This document shows positions 51,913 through 64,000 of a stretch of DNA of 64,000 bases, one piece after another (position 1 is the first letter of the stretch; each line of letters begins with the position of its first letter). The translations under genes were made by a program, and so were the position numbers. Origin of the DNA: Squalus acanthias (lineage: Eukaryota); assembly GCA_030390025.1 (NCBI GenBank), contig CM059425.1, positions 164,922,001 through 164,986,000 of the forward strand. Reading direction: 5' to 3'. Below the pieces are notes generated by a model, which searched no databases, was not told the origin of the DNA, and worked only from the letters and a program-made list of their open reading frames with translations.

Positions 51913-52796
51913 TTAATATTCTGATGATTTAAGAACTTTTTAAACACAAAAGTTTTCATTCTACTTGGTCTGTTTTTGCTTAAAGACATTGGAATTTTTA
52001 TTGTCAGAGAAAAAATGTTTTAAAGTTTGTGTTACAAAGTGGCAAAAGCCCCAAATTAAGGCAAATTCTTGTATGTTCTCTTGATATGGTTACTTAAAAA
52101 ATACCAGACTCTCAGCATGATGGCATTATAGTGAAAATACTTCAAGTCTGTCAGTACATGTTGATTTAGGCTTTGATAATGCACTCAATAAATTAAAACT
52201 AGTCTTCTGGAATGGTTACTGAAAATTGTTACTTACCTCCTCATTGAGTCTAAACTAGTGTGTGATTTTTTTTGCAGATGCAGATTTGAATTCTCATATA
52301 TAAACTATATTTGAATGTAATATGGTCTTAAGAAAAGTTATTAAGCACAACTGACTTACAGCTGTAATATTGAATTTGACATTTATTTATGGCATTTCCA
52401 TTCTGTGGAATGATGTACAGTATACTTAAGGCAGGGTCTCCTGAGAAATTTGAAGCTGTTTACTTGTAGCCGAACCTTTCAGGATGATACTGAAAGGTTG
52501 CTATAACCCCCTGGAAATCCTCAGACTGATCTTGTGATTGCAGCTACATAAACAGATAAGTTATTTGACTCAAGTTTCTAAATGAAATTTTAAGATCTGT
52601 ACAAAATAGCCTTTCAGATAATAACAGGGCAAACAACTGTTAACAATTTACATGGAGGGACTGACCTTGTAACAGAGAGACTACTCTGCCCCTAGCTCTG
52701 CTTTGCAGAGTGAAAGTCCCCACCTGGCATCTAAAATATCTGAAAGAAACTCTTGCACAAAATTTTGAGCTTGCTCTGAAAGAATGCTGATACTCA

Positions 52797-52904
<108 letters not shown>

Positions 52905-52906
52905 TT

Positions 52907-55417
52907 AATCAAGAAATAGTAGGAGCTTGTAACAAAGGTAATGCAATAATCGTGGGGGATTTTAATCTTCATATAGACTGGACAAATCAAATTGGCAAAG
53001 GTAGTCTGGAGGACGAGTTCATGGAATGTATTCAGGACAGTTTCCTAGAACATGTCATGGAACCAACCAGGGAACAGGCTATTTTAGATCCTGTATTGTG
53101 TAATGAGACAGGGTTAATTAGCAATCTCATAGTAAAGGATCCTCTGGGGCAGAGTGATCATATGATAGAATTTCACATTAAGTTTGAGAGTGACTTGCCC
53201 AAGTCCAAAACTAGAGTCTTAAACTTAAATAGAAATTTATAGGTCTGAGGGGCGAGTTGGCCAAGGTAGATTGGAAAAAATAGATTAAAAGGTATGGTGG
53301 TAGATAAGCAGTGGCTAGCATTTAAAGAAATATTTCATAATTAACAAAAATACATTCCATTGAGAAACAAAAACTCCACGAGAAAAGTGATCCATCCCCG
53401 TGGCTAATTAAAGTTAAGGATAGCATTAGATTGAAAGAAGCTTATAATGATGCGAAGAACAGTAGGAAGTCTGAGGATTGGGAGAGTTTCAGAAACCAGC
53501 AAAGGATGATCAAAAAATTGATGATAAGGGGAAAAAATAGAAGAGAAAACCAACAAAAAATATAAAAACCAGATTGTAAGAGCTTCTACAAGTATGTAAA
53601 AAGGAAGAGAGTAGCAAAAGTAAATATTGGGTCCCTTAGAGGGTGAGACAGGAGAAATCATTATGGGGAATAAGGAAATGGCAGAAACGTTAAACAAATA
53701 TTTTGTACGTGTCTTCACAGTAGAAGACACAAAAAGCATACCAAAAATGGAGGGGAACCAAGGGTCTGATGAGGGTGAGGAACTTAACGTAATTAATATA
53801 AGTAGAGAAAAAGTACTAGAGAAACTAACTGGACTAAAAGCCGACAAATCCCCTGGACCTGACGTCCTACATCCTAGGGTTCTAAAAGAGGTGGCTGCTT
53901 GGATAGTGGATGCAGTGGTTTTGATCTTCCAAAATTCCCTAGATTCTAGAACGGTCCCAGCGGATTGGAAGGTAGCAATTATAACACTGCTATTCAAGGA
54001 GGGAGAGAGAAAACAGGGAACTGCAGGCCAGTTAGCCTGACATCAGTCGTCGGGAAAATGCTGGAATCCATTGTTAAGGAAGTGGTATCAGGGCACTTAG
54101 AAAATCATAACCTGATTAGGCAGAGTCATGATGGTTTTATGAAAGGGAAATCGTGTTTGAGAAATTTGAGTTTTTTGAGGATGTAACTAGCAGGGTAGAT
54201 AAAGGGGAACCAGTGGATGTAGTATATTTGGATTTCCAAAAGGCATTCGATAAGGTGCCACATAAAAGGTTATTACACAAGATAAGGGCTTATGGGGTTG
54301 GGGGTAATATAGTAGCATGGATAGAGGATTGGTTAACAGACAGAAAACAGAGAGTAGGGATAAACGGGTCTTTTTCAGGTTGGCAGGCTGTAACTAGTGG
54401 GGTGCCGCAAGAATCAGTGCTGGGGCCTCAGCTATTTACAATCTATATTAATGACCTAGATGAAAGGACTGAGTGTAATGTATCCAAGTTTGCTGATGAT
54501 ACAAAGCTAGGTGGGACAGTAAGCTGTGAGGAGTACACAAAGAGTATGCAAAGGGATATAGATAGACTATGTGAGTGGACAGTAAGGTGGTAGATGGAGT
54601 ATAATGTAGGGAAATGTGAGGTTATTCACTTTGGTAGGAAGAATAGAAAAACAGAATATTTTTTTAAATGGTGAGAAACTTTCAAATGTTGGTGTTCAGA
54701 GAGATTTGGGTGTCCTCGTGCAAGAAACACAGAAAGCTAACATGCAGGTACAGCAAGCAATAAGGAAGGCAAATGACATGTTGGCCTTTATTGCAAGGGG
54801 GTTGGAGTAGAAGAGTAAGGAAGTCTTGCTACAATTGTACAGGGCCTTGGTGAGACCACACCTGGAGTACTGCACACAGTTTTGATCTCCTTATCGAAGA
54901 AAGGATATACTTGCCATGGAGGCGGTGCAACGAAGGTTCACTAGATTGATTCCTGGGATGAGAGGGCTGTCCTATGATGAGAGATTGTGTAGCATGGGCC
55001 TATACTCTCTCGAGTTTAGAAGAATGAGAGGTGATCTCATTGAAACATACAAGATTCTGAAGGGGATTGACAGGGTAGATGCTGAGAGGTTGTTTCCCCT
55101 GGCTGGAGTGTCTAGAACTAGGGGGCATAGTCTCAGGATAAGGGGTTGGCCATTTAAGACCGAGATGAGGAGGAATTTCTTCACTCAGAGGGTTGTGAAT
55201 CATTGGAATTCTCTGCCCCAGAGGGCTGTGGATGCTGAGTCTTTGAATATATTCAAGGCTGAGATAGATAGATTTTTGGACTCTAGGGGAATCAAGGGAT
55301 ATGGAGATTGGGTAGGAAAGTGGAGTTGAGGTCGAGGATCAGCCATGATCTTATTGAATGGCGAAGCAGGCTCGAGGGGCCTTATGGCCTACTCCTGCTT
55401 CTATTTCTTATGTTCTT
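52907..55417 (+). mobile_element. CR1 ORF2 (late APE + RT + 3' end)
   Basis: [30 protein letters not shown]; tail tttcttatgttctt. Confidence 0.95.
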
Positions 55418-56320
55418 AAAACAATATAATTGAATACATGCAATTTATCAAGATCACTGCCATATGGCAGGACATTCAATCTGCTTAAGATCAGTTATAC
55501 ACCATTGAACAATCACCAGTATGAGGACTTTGCAGTGAGAAATATTTAAATTATATATATTTTTTTAAATTGCACAGCATTACTACTTTTGGTCTTCACA
55601 CTGATAACCTGTGATAAAGGTTTAAACATTCCTGCACCGACACCCAGTGGCTTTGCAACAGAACTGCATGTTGACTCTCAGCTGCAATATAATTTACTAA
55701 TACTGTATGTTAAGTGACAGGTCTTTGCATTGTTCAAAGCCCTATCAAAGGGTCACCTACAAATGTAACTGGAACTACAGGTTCATGTGTTTTTTTTCCC
55801 CCATAGAGCAAGTAACAGTTTTCTATGTTTTGAAATGTAAAGTTGCAACCCATCCAGCAGATTTTTATACATAATGGACTAGTGGATCTTGCACAGGGGG
55901 AGTCAAGACCAAGTTTTCAATAAGGGGTGGTGTTAGCCAACGAAGAATAATTCAAACAGGGCACGCAGTCCCTATTTAAAGTTATAAATTCTGTCCTTAC
56001 ATTTCCATGATAAATTCCTACATCCACATTTATAATGGAACCCGCCTTTACAAACTGGTCATATTGTAATTATATCTTTTGCCAGTATTGGTGGGGGGAG
56101 TAATTATAGTGCGACAAGATTACATCGGTAGTTTCCATTATAAATGTGGACTAAAGAATTCATAATAGAAAAAATTAGCTTCCTTGGCACACCATAAAGT
56201 GGAGAATAGTCTTTCTGTTACTTGTCTCAGCTACCTTTGTTTCTCTCGGTCACTCCTCCCCTCATTTCTGGCTCTCTTTCCCTTTGCTCCTCTTAATTCT
56301 GGTTTCCTTTCAGGTGGGAG

Positions 56321-56683
56321 GTGGTTTTCAAGATATTAAGGGGAACAGATAGGGTAGATAGAGAGAAACTATTTCCACTGGTTGGGGATTCGAAGACTAG
56401 AGGGCATAGTCTAAAAATTAGAGCCAGACCTTTCAGGAGTGAAATTAGGGAACACTTCTACACACAAAGGGTGGTAGAAGTTTGGAACTCTCTTCCACAA
56501 ACGGCAATTGATGCTACATCAATTGATAATTTTAAATCGGAGATTGATAGCTTTCTGTTAACCAAAGGTATTAAGAGATATGGGCCAAAGGCAGGTATAT
56601 GGAGTTCGGTCACAGATCGGCCATGATTTCATTGAATGGCGGAGCAGGCTCGAGAGGCTGAATGGCCTACTCCTGTTCCTATG
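56321..56683 (+). mobile_element. CR1 3' fragment
   Basis: TRGHSLKI...TQRVVEVWNSLP; tail ctgttcctatg. Confidence 0.9.
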
Positions 56684-56994
56684 GATGGTATGGCAAGGAA
56701 AGGAGTCACCAATGATAGCAGGCTGCATTTGGTGTGAGAACAGTGGGGAAAATATGGCATCCACCAGCTCCTTACCCCGATCACTCACGTTCCCCAATCC
56801 ACCTTTTGCTCCCATTGTCCCTTTTACCACTTCACCTTCCCACTGATCCCCCTCATTGCCCTTACCTCTTCCATTTGAACTACAAACTCAACCTCTTAAT
56901 TCTCCCTTGCTCCCTGTCACTCATCTCACCCTTAACTCTCCATCCACTCCCATTCAAGTCCTGCCTTTGCTCCCTACCCCTGGATACCATTCCC

Positions 56995-58890
56995 CGACAA
57001 AAATTTATCTATCTCAGTCTTGAAAGCTCAAATTGTCCTAGCATTCATAGCCTTTTGGAGAGAGTTCCAAAAATCTACCACCCTTTGTGTGAAAAAGAGC
57101 TTCCAGATTTCACTACTGTACTAGCTCTAATTTTAAGATTATATCCCCTTGTTCTGGATTCTCCCAACGGAGGAAATAGTTTCTCCGTATCTACGTGTGT
57201 AAAGGCGGAAGACGTGGGAATGGTTCTTAATGACTACTTTGCGCCTGTCTTCATAAAAGAGAGGGACGATGCAGACACTGTAGTTAAGGAGGAGGAGTGC
57301 GAAATATTAGAGATAAACATAGTGAGAGAGCAAATATTAAAGGGTTTAGCATCTTTGACAGTAGATAAATTGCCAGGCCCAGATGAAATGTATCCCAGGC
57401 TGTTAAGAGAAGCAAGGGAGGAAATAGCAGAAGCTCTGACCATCATTTTCCAATCCTCTCTGGCTACAGGCATGGTGCCGGAGGACTGATAAAGTTGTAC
57501 CATCATTTAAAAAGGGAGAAAGGGATAGACCGAGTAATTACAGGCCAGTCAGCCTAACCTCAGTGATGGGCAAATTATTGGAAAAAATTCTGCAGGACAG
57601 TATTAACCGTCATTTAAAAAGGCATGGGTTAATCAAGGACAGTCAACATAGATTTGTTAAGGGAAGGTCGTGTCTGACTAACTTGATTGAATTTTGAGAG
57701 GCGGTAATGAGGAGGGTCGATGAGGGTAGCGCGTTTGATGTATTCTACGTGGATTTTAGCAAGGCTTTTGACAAGGATTCACTGGCAGACTGGTCAAAAA
57801 AGTAAAAGCCCATGGGATCCAAGGGAAAGTGGCAAGTTGGATCCAAAATTGGCTCGGTGGCAGGAAGCAAAGGGTAATGGTCGACGATTGTTTTTGTGAC
57901 TGGAAGGCTATTTCTAGTGTAGTTCCGCAGGGCTCAGAACTAGGTCCCTTGCTTTTTGTGGTATATATCAATGATTTAGACTTCGATGTAGAGGGCATGA
58001 TTAAGAAGTTTGCAGATGATACGAAAATTGGCCGTGTGGTTGATAGTGAGGAAGAAAGCTGTAGACTGCAGGAAGATATCAATGGACTGGTCAGGTGGGC
58101 AGAAAAGTGGCAAATGGAATTCAATCCAGAGAAGTGTGAGGTAATATATTTGGGGAGGGCTAACAAGGCAAGGGAATACATAATAAATGGTAGGATACGG
58201 AGAAGCATAGAGGAACAGAGGAACCTTGGAGTGCATCACAGATCCCTGAAGGTAGCAGGACAGGTAGATAAGGTGGTTAAGGCGGCATACAGGATACTTT
58301 CCTTTATTAGCCAAGACATAGAATATAAGAGCAGGGAGGTTATACTTGAACTGTATAAAACACCAGTTAGGCCAAAGCTAGAGTACTGCGTACAGTTCTG
58401 GTCACCACATTACAGGAAAGATGTGATTGCACTAGCGAGGGTACAGAGGAGATTTACGAGGATGTTGCCAGGACTGGAGAATTTAGCTATGAGGAAAGAT
58501 TGGATGGCTGGGGTTGTTTTCTTTGGAACAGAGGAGGCCGAGGGGAGATTTAATTAAGGTGTATAAAATTATGAGGGGCCTAGATAGAGTGGAGAGGAAG
58601 GACCTATTTCCCTGATCAGATTGCTCAATAACCATGGGGCATAGATTTAAAGTATTAGAGGAGAGTGGAGGAGAATTTTTTTCACCCAGAGGGTGGTGGG
58701 TGTCTGGAACTCATTGCCTGAAAGGGTGGTGGAGGCAGAAACCCTCATCACATTTAAAAAGTACTTGGATATGCACGTGAAGTACAGGGCTATGGACCAA
58801 GAGCTGGAATGTGGGACTAGACTGGATAGCACTTTTTTGGCTGGCACAGCCAATAGGCCGAATGGCCTCCTTCTGTGCCGTAAATTTCTA
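56995..58890 (+). mobile_element. CR1 RT/3' part (57195-58890), preceded by a minus-strand CR1 3' piece (~56995-57194)
   Basis: LPGPDEMYPRLL, KFADD, RPKLEYCVQFWSP, VWNSLP. Confidence 0.9.
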
Positions 58891-58975
58891 GGACACCCTC
58901 TTAAATCCTGTCAACATTTTAAACACCTCAATCTCCTGTACTCATGGGACTACAAGCCACATTGCGCAGATTAAG

Positions 58976-59300
58976 GTCCCACAAACAGCAATGAGATAAA
59001 TGACCAATTAAACAGTTTGAGATGTTGGTTGAAGGATAAATATTGACCAGGACAGCAGAACTCTCCTGTTCTTCTTTGAATAGTGACATGGGATCTTTTA
59101 CGTCCACCTGAGAAAGCAGACAGGGCCACGGTTTAACGTCTCATCCGAAAGATGGCATTGCCGACAGAGCAGCACTCCGAGTTCTGCCAGCCGGTCAGAT
59201 TGTCAGCCTGTATTATGTGCTCAAGTCTCTGGAGTTGAGCTTGATCCCACAACATTCTGACTCAGAGGCAAGAGAGTGCTATCACTGAGCCAAGGCTGAG
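58976..59300 (-). mobile_element. DeuSINE (SacSINE1/AmnSINE1-like)
   Basis: Minus: tRNA-like head tggctcagtgatagcactct...gagtcagaatgttgtggg, then ctttcggatgagacgttaaaccg...aaagatcccatg.cactatt (Deu domain, from recall). Confidence 0.75.
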
Positions 59301-59742
59301 ACCTAGTAGTGCGGAATCAGAGGCCTTCCAAGTTTAAAAAAAAACTTTAAATGAAGGCATTAAGACACAAAAAGGAAATCAATTGATAAATTTTGTAATG
59401 TTATTGTGAAATAAGTGACTTTTTTTAAATTTAATTTTTTTGGTTAAACCCTTATTTTGGACACTGGGATGTTCAGTTACTCGGGGAAAATTAGCAGATG
59501 AAAACATTTCAGAAAGCACTGAGAATTGTGGGACACACTGGCCAGATTGTGTAAATGGCATTTCAACTGATCTTCTGAAGTTACGATGGGAGAACTCCTG
59601 TCAAAATTACTGGCAACAGTCTATAATGATAGCGTACCAATTTGTTTGGTATGCAACTGTAATGAGTGTAACAGAACTACAGAATATACACCATCATTCT
59701 AATAGGTCAGGTGAACTGCATCTCACTTCCCTTTCATAGTTA

Positions 59743-60009
<267 letters not shown>

Positions 60010-60171
60010 TCAATGCAAACTAAGTTACTGTTGTATCTGATCAGACACATTTTACAATTTCTAGGACATCAACATTAAATGTACTGTAGCTGGACCACAA
60101 ATAGACCGGCAGTCTACTACAATAGCTACATCATGAACTGTAGAGTGCTTAGGGCTGGAACTGGTGATAGA

Positions 60172-61306
60172 AGGTGGTTCTCAACCTTTTTGCTTCTGGA
60201 GGCCCCCCCCTTCCGTGTTATAAAAATTCCACCGACCTCCTGTAACACGACAAGTATTTTTTCCTGTATAAAAATTCTCTCAGCGCCACTCCCAGTCACC
60301 ATGTTACTGGTGCTGTTGCTATCCCGGCATTGTAGAAAATACTGGTCCCCAAGCCCATCCCACACCCTCTTTCGCTCCACATGAGACCCAATCACCTGAC
60401 CCCGCAGTCTCCCTCTACTTCGCAACCAGACTCCCTCACCGACTATTCCCAGCACATCAGCCGGTCCCGGTTCTCTGCTTGATTGTCAGTCAAGCAGCCT
60501 TTTTCCCCCACCCCCATCTCCAATACTTTCCTACCTAATAAACAAAAGTGTAGAATGAAAATGAAAAAAAAAAACACGATTTGCTCGCAGCAGTGTCCAG
60601 ATGAATGTTTTATTCAGGCAGCTCCAGGATAATTTAAATCCTAGCTGGAGGCCAACATTGGATGTGAACAATCAGGTCTGTCTGTGATGCCCTCCTTGGT
60701 AGAGCAAGATTGCTAACAGTCAAGGTATGCACTCACAGGTGAAGAATGAATGAGGTTAGGAACCAAAGGGCAGCCAGCACCCTTTTAACTATACTACAGT
60801 GTGAGTGAATGCCCTTGGTAAAATCTATCGCTAACCTGGGAGTTTCCGATATTGTGCAGAATAAGTTAAGGGCGCAGACGGACGCTTTTAGTCGAGAGTC
60901 TAGAAGCCGAATTGGTTGGACACGTAGGTGGTTCTGGCGGAAGACTGCCGGTTATACTGCAACTCGGCCAGCAGGCCAGTCCGCCCGTATATACAGCGGG
61001 ACCTGGCAAGAGGAGAGCTCGAGTCGGGGGAACTGTGCTCAGCGACCACCACCTCTCTCCCTTCTCAGCAAGCGGGGGCCTGGGCTCAGCGGCAGCTGCC
61101 TCCGTCCTCGCACAGACGTTTGGGAGGGGGGGAACCAGAAGTCCGAGTTGGAGCTGGAGCCGCCAGTTTGCTCAGCTCAATCCGACGTTTACGTGACTCT
61201 GTATTTTTCTTTCTTTTTTAAATCCCGGAGGTTATTTATGGCGGACCCACTGAAAACCTCTCGCGGACCCCTAGGGGGCTGCGGACCCCTGGTTGAGAAC
61301 CCCATG
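60172..61306. mobile_element. hAT-like non-autonomous DNA element with internal insertions
   Basis: TIR cores ggttctcaacc (60176-60186) / ggttgagaacc (61291-61301); three gcggaccc subterminal repeats; tctaga at right flank. Confidence 0.65.
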
Positions 61307-61668
61307 TCTAGAACAGTACCATTATATCCCTTTCCCTCCCCATAAACCACAAAAATTATAAAGCTAAAAATGCATTAAAAAAGGTCTATGGCATACATTA
61401 GCTATTAATATACACCGACAAAATGTTACACCGCATTAGATGACTTTACACTAAAGTTTTTTTCTGTAAATATAAAGTTAAACTATGCCAATTTGGGAGG
61501 GGGGAGGGAGGAAGACCACTTTTATTGCCCCTCCCTAGTTGCTCGGAGAAGATAGTGGTGGGCCTTTTCCTTGAACCACACATGTTTAACTTACTTTAGT
61601 CTTGCAATTAACAGATCAAAAAATGATTCCTTAGTTATCAAATATCGTGCAAGGTAAATAGTTCTTTA

Positions 61669-62555
<887 letters not shown>

Positions 62556-64000
62556 TGAGTTTATTTCAATACCATTATAATGTGAATTAAGGTACAGCTT
62601 TTCAAATTTAGAATGTGAATTTAATTTAATCAGTTTCTACAGTTGTAACTTTTTGTTGGTTTGGAAACTGCCAATTAGTAATTTAATTTACTCCACTTGC
62701 ACTTCAATATACATACCCCTAGGATATCACTGTATTGCGAGATCTTATCAGAATTTTTTTTTAAATCTGCAAGTGAACCTTGAATTTTTTTTGCGGAACG
62801 ATGCAAGGCTTTTATTTCCTCTCCTCTTTTAATTTGCTGGTCTCCATAGCATCGCTTGTCAAAAAGCCACGAAAATAACTTGCTCCAGACATCTGCTAAT
62901 TCTGCCCTACACATCAGCTACTAGGAAGCAAGCAACCGCAATTGGGGCACCTCATCCTTCAATTGCTCCCCCTCTTTTGAGAAACATCTAGAAAAATTTA
63001 GAAGTTTCACAGGTGCAAAGTCACATCTCACCAATCTGAGAGAATGCACATTGATGCTGATTATTTTCCGTAGTTACTTAAATTGTAAGATCCAAACACT
63101 ATTACTGCACTACTTAAGGGAACACCACAGCCCCAAAACGGCACTATGTTTAATATTGGGGATTTGGGCATTTTTTTTGGGGGGGGGGGGCCAGAGAGAT
63201 GCAAGCGAGTTAGAGGTGGCCATGTTTTGCTCCCTTCTATTCTTGAGATGTTTATAGTAAATCTTCAAATATTGCACTGAAAATAGTAATTTTGGAAATC
63301 AATGTCTAGTGGTATGTCAGCAAAGGGACGGAAAAGAAATGTCAGAAGGAGAGCTAAACTTTTAAAATGTCTCAATTATATTACAGTTTATGGCTGTTCC
63401 ACTGTTCTCATTAAGTGGTTCATTATTGAAAAAGTAGTGGCATTTAGGTATTTGTCCTGACTAGGCATTTTAAAAGTCTGCAGAAAACAGTGTGGCTGAT
63501 TTTCCTGGCACAAAACCCAATCCTGCACAGGTGCTTGACAGACCCAAAGTGCACCATACCTGAATTTAGTATGCGAGGCCTGGCCATTAACACAACCTGA
63601 TCCCAGCCCTGGTGCAGGTCTGCCAATGCAGGGCACTGTGCCAGGAACTGGGGGCAGGTTTGCTACTGGCCTCAGGCCTGGCTGTTGGAGAAGAGCAGCC
63701 ACAAGGCTCAGCCCCCCCGCCCCCACCCCACAGCTTCTTGGGGCGTCATTAGACGCATGGGCTCAACTTCCGGAAATAGAGGCAGGAGGCCAGGAATGCC
63801 CCGTAAACCTCACCAGCATAGGGCCTCCGTCTACTGCAAGCATAGACCCTGCTTCTGCCCCTCAAGGGAAACCTGGAACCCTCAGCGCAACATAAAGGGG
63901 GACAAAACCCAGTGTTATTAATCTCTGCCACTTTTGTCCTGATCTGTGTGTCTGGGGAATAGATTTTCCCTCAGGGCAAAAAAATATCAGCCCTGATGTT

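Noticed and set aside
56734..57489. 251-aa ORF as a novel gene
   Set aside because: Chimera of a pyrimidine-rich tract, an antisense CR1 piece and sense CR1 ORF2
60809..61345. 178-aa ORF
   Set aside because: GC-rich TE interior with overlapping ORFs in all frames; no recognisable motif
62556..64000. RIOK2 first two coding exons
   Set aside because: No MGK...RVLTA or VEMGMKNHE coding sequence seen; presumed beyond the window edge

Overview
Repeat-rich vertebrate genomic DNA, most likely a cartilaginous fish (shark-type CR1, L2, Penelope, Harbinger and DeuSINE repeats; inferred, not searched). Two host genes lie on the minus strand. RIOK2 (atypical RIO kinase 2) has eight spliced coding exons, 61790 down to the stop at 38035; all have GT-AG boundaries and matching phases, and its first exons lie beyond the right edge. 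About 26 kb downstream is the 82-nt first coding exon of LIX1 (11896-11815), which the ORF track misses; I found no further LIX1 exons, so they are probably beyond the left edge. This RIOK2-LIX1 order matches what I recall from mammals. The rest is mostly decayed transposons: a three-level nest around a near-full-length CR1 (5'UTR, ORF1 and ORF2), many CR1 and L2 fragments, a cluster of two-gene PIF/Harbinger relics, a hAT-like element, and old SINEs. There are also at least 8 copies of a Penelope terminal-repeat unit whose consensus rebuilds a minimal hammerhead ribozyme; two ~80-100 bp solo copies have their own target-site duplications. I found no evidence of a wholly new gene system. The hammerhead-bearing short Penelope units are the most notable signal. 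TE boundaries are approximate unless a junction is quoted.
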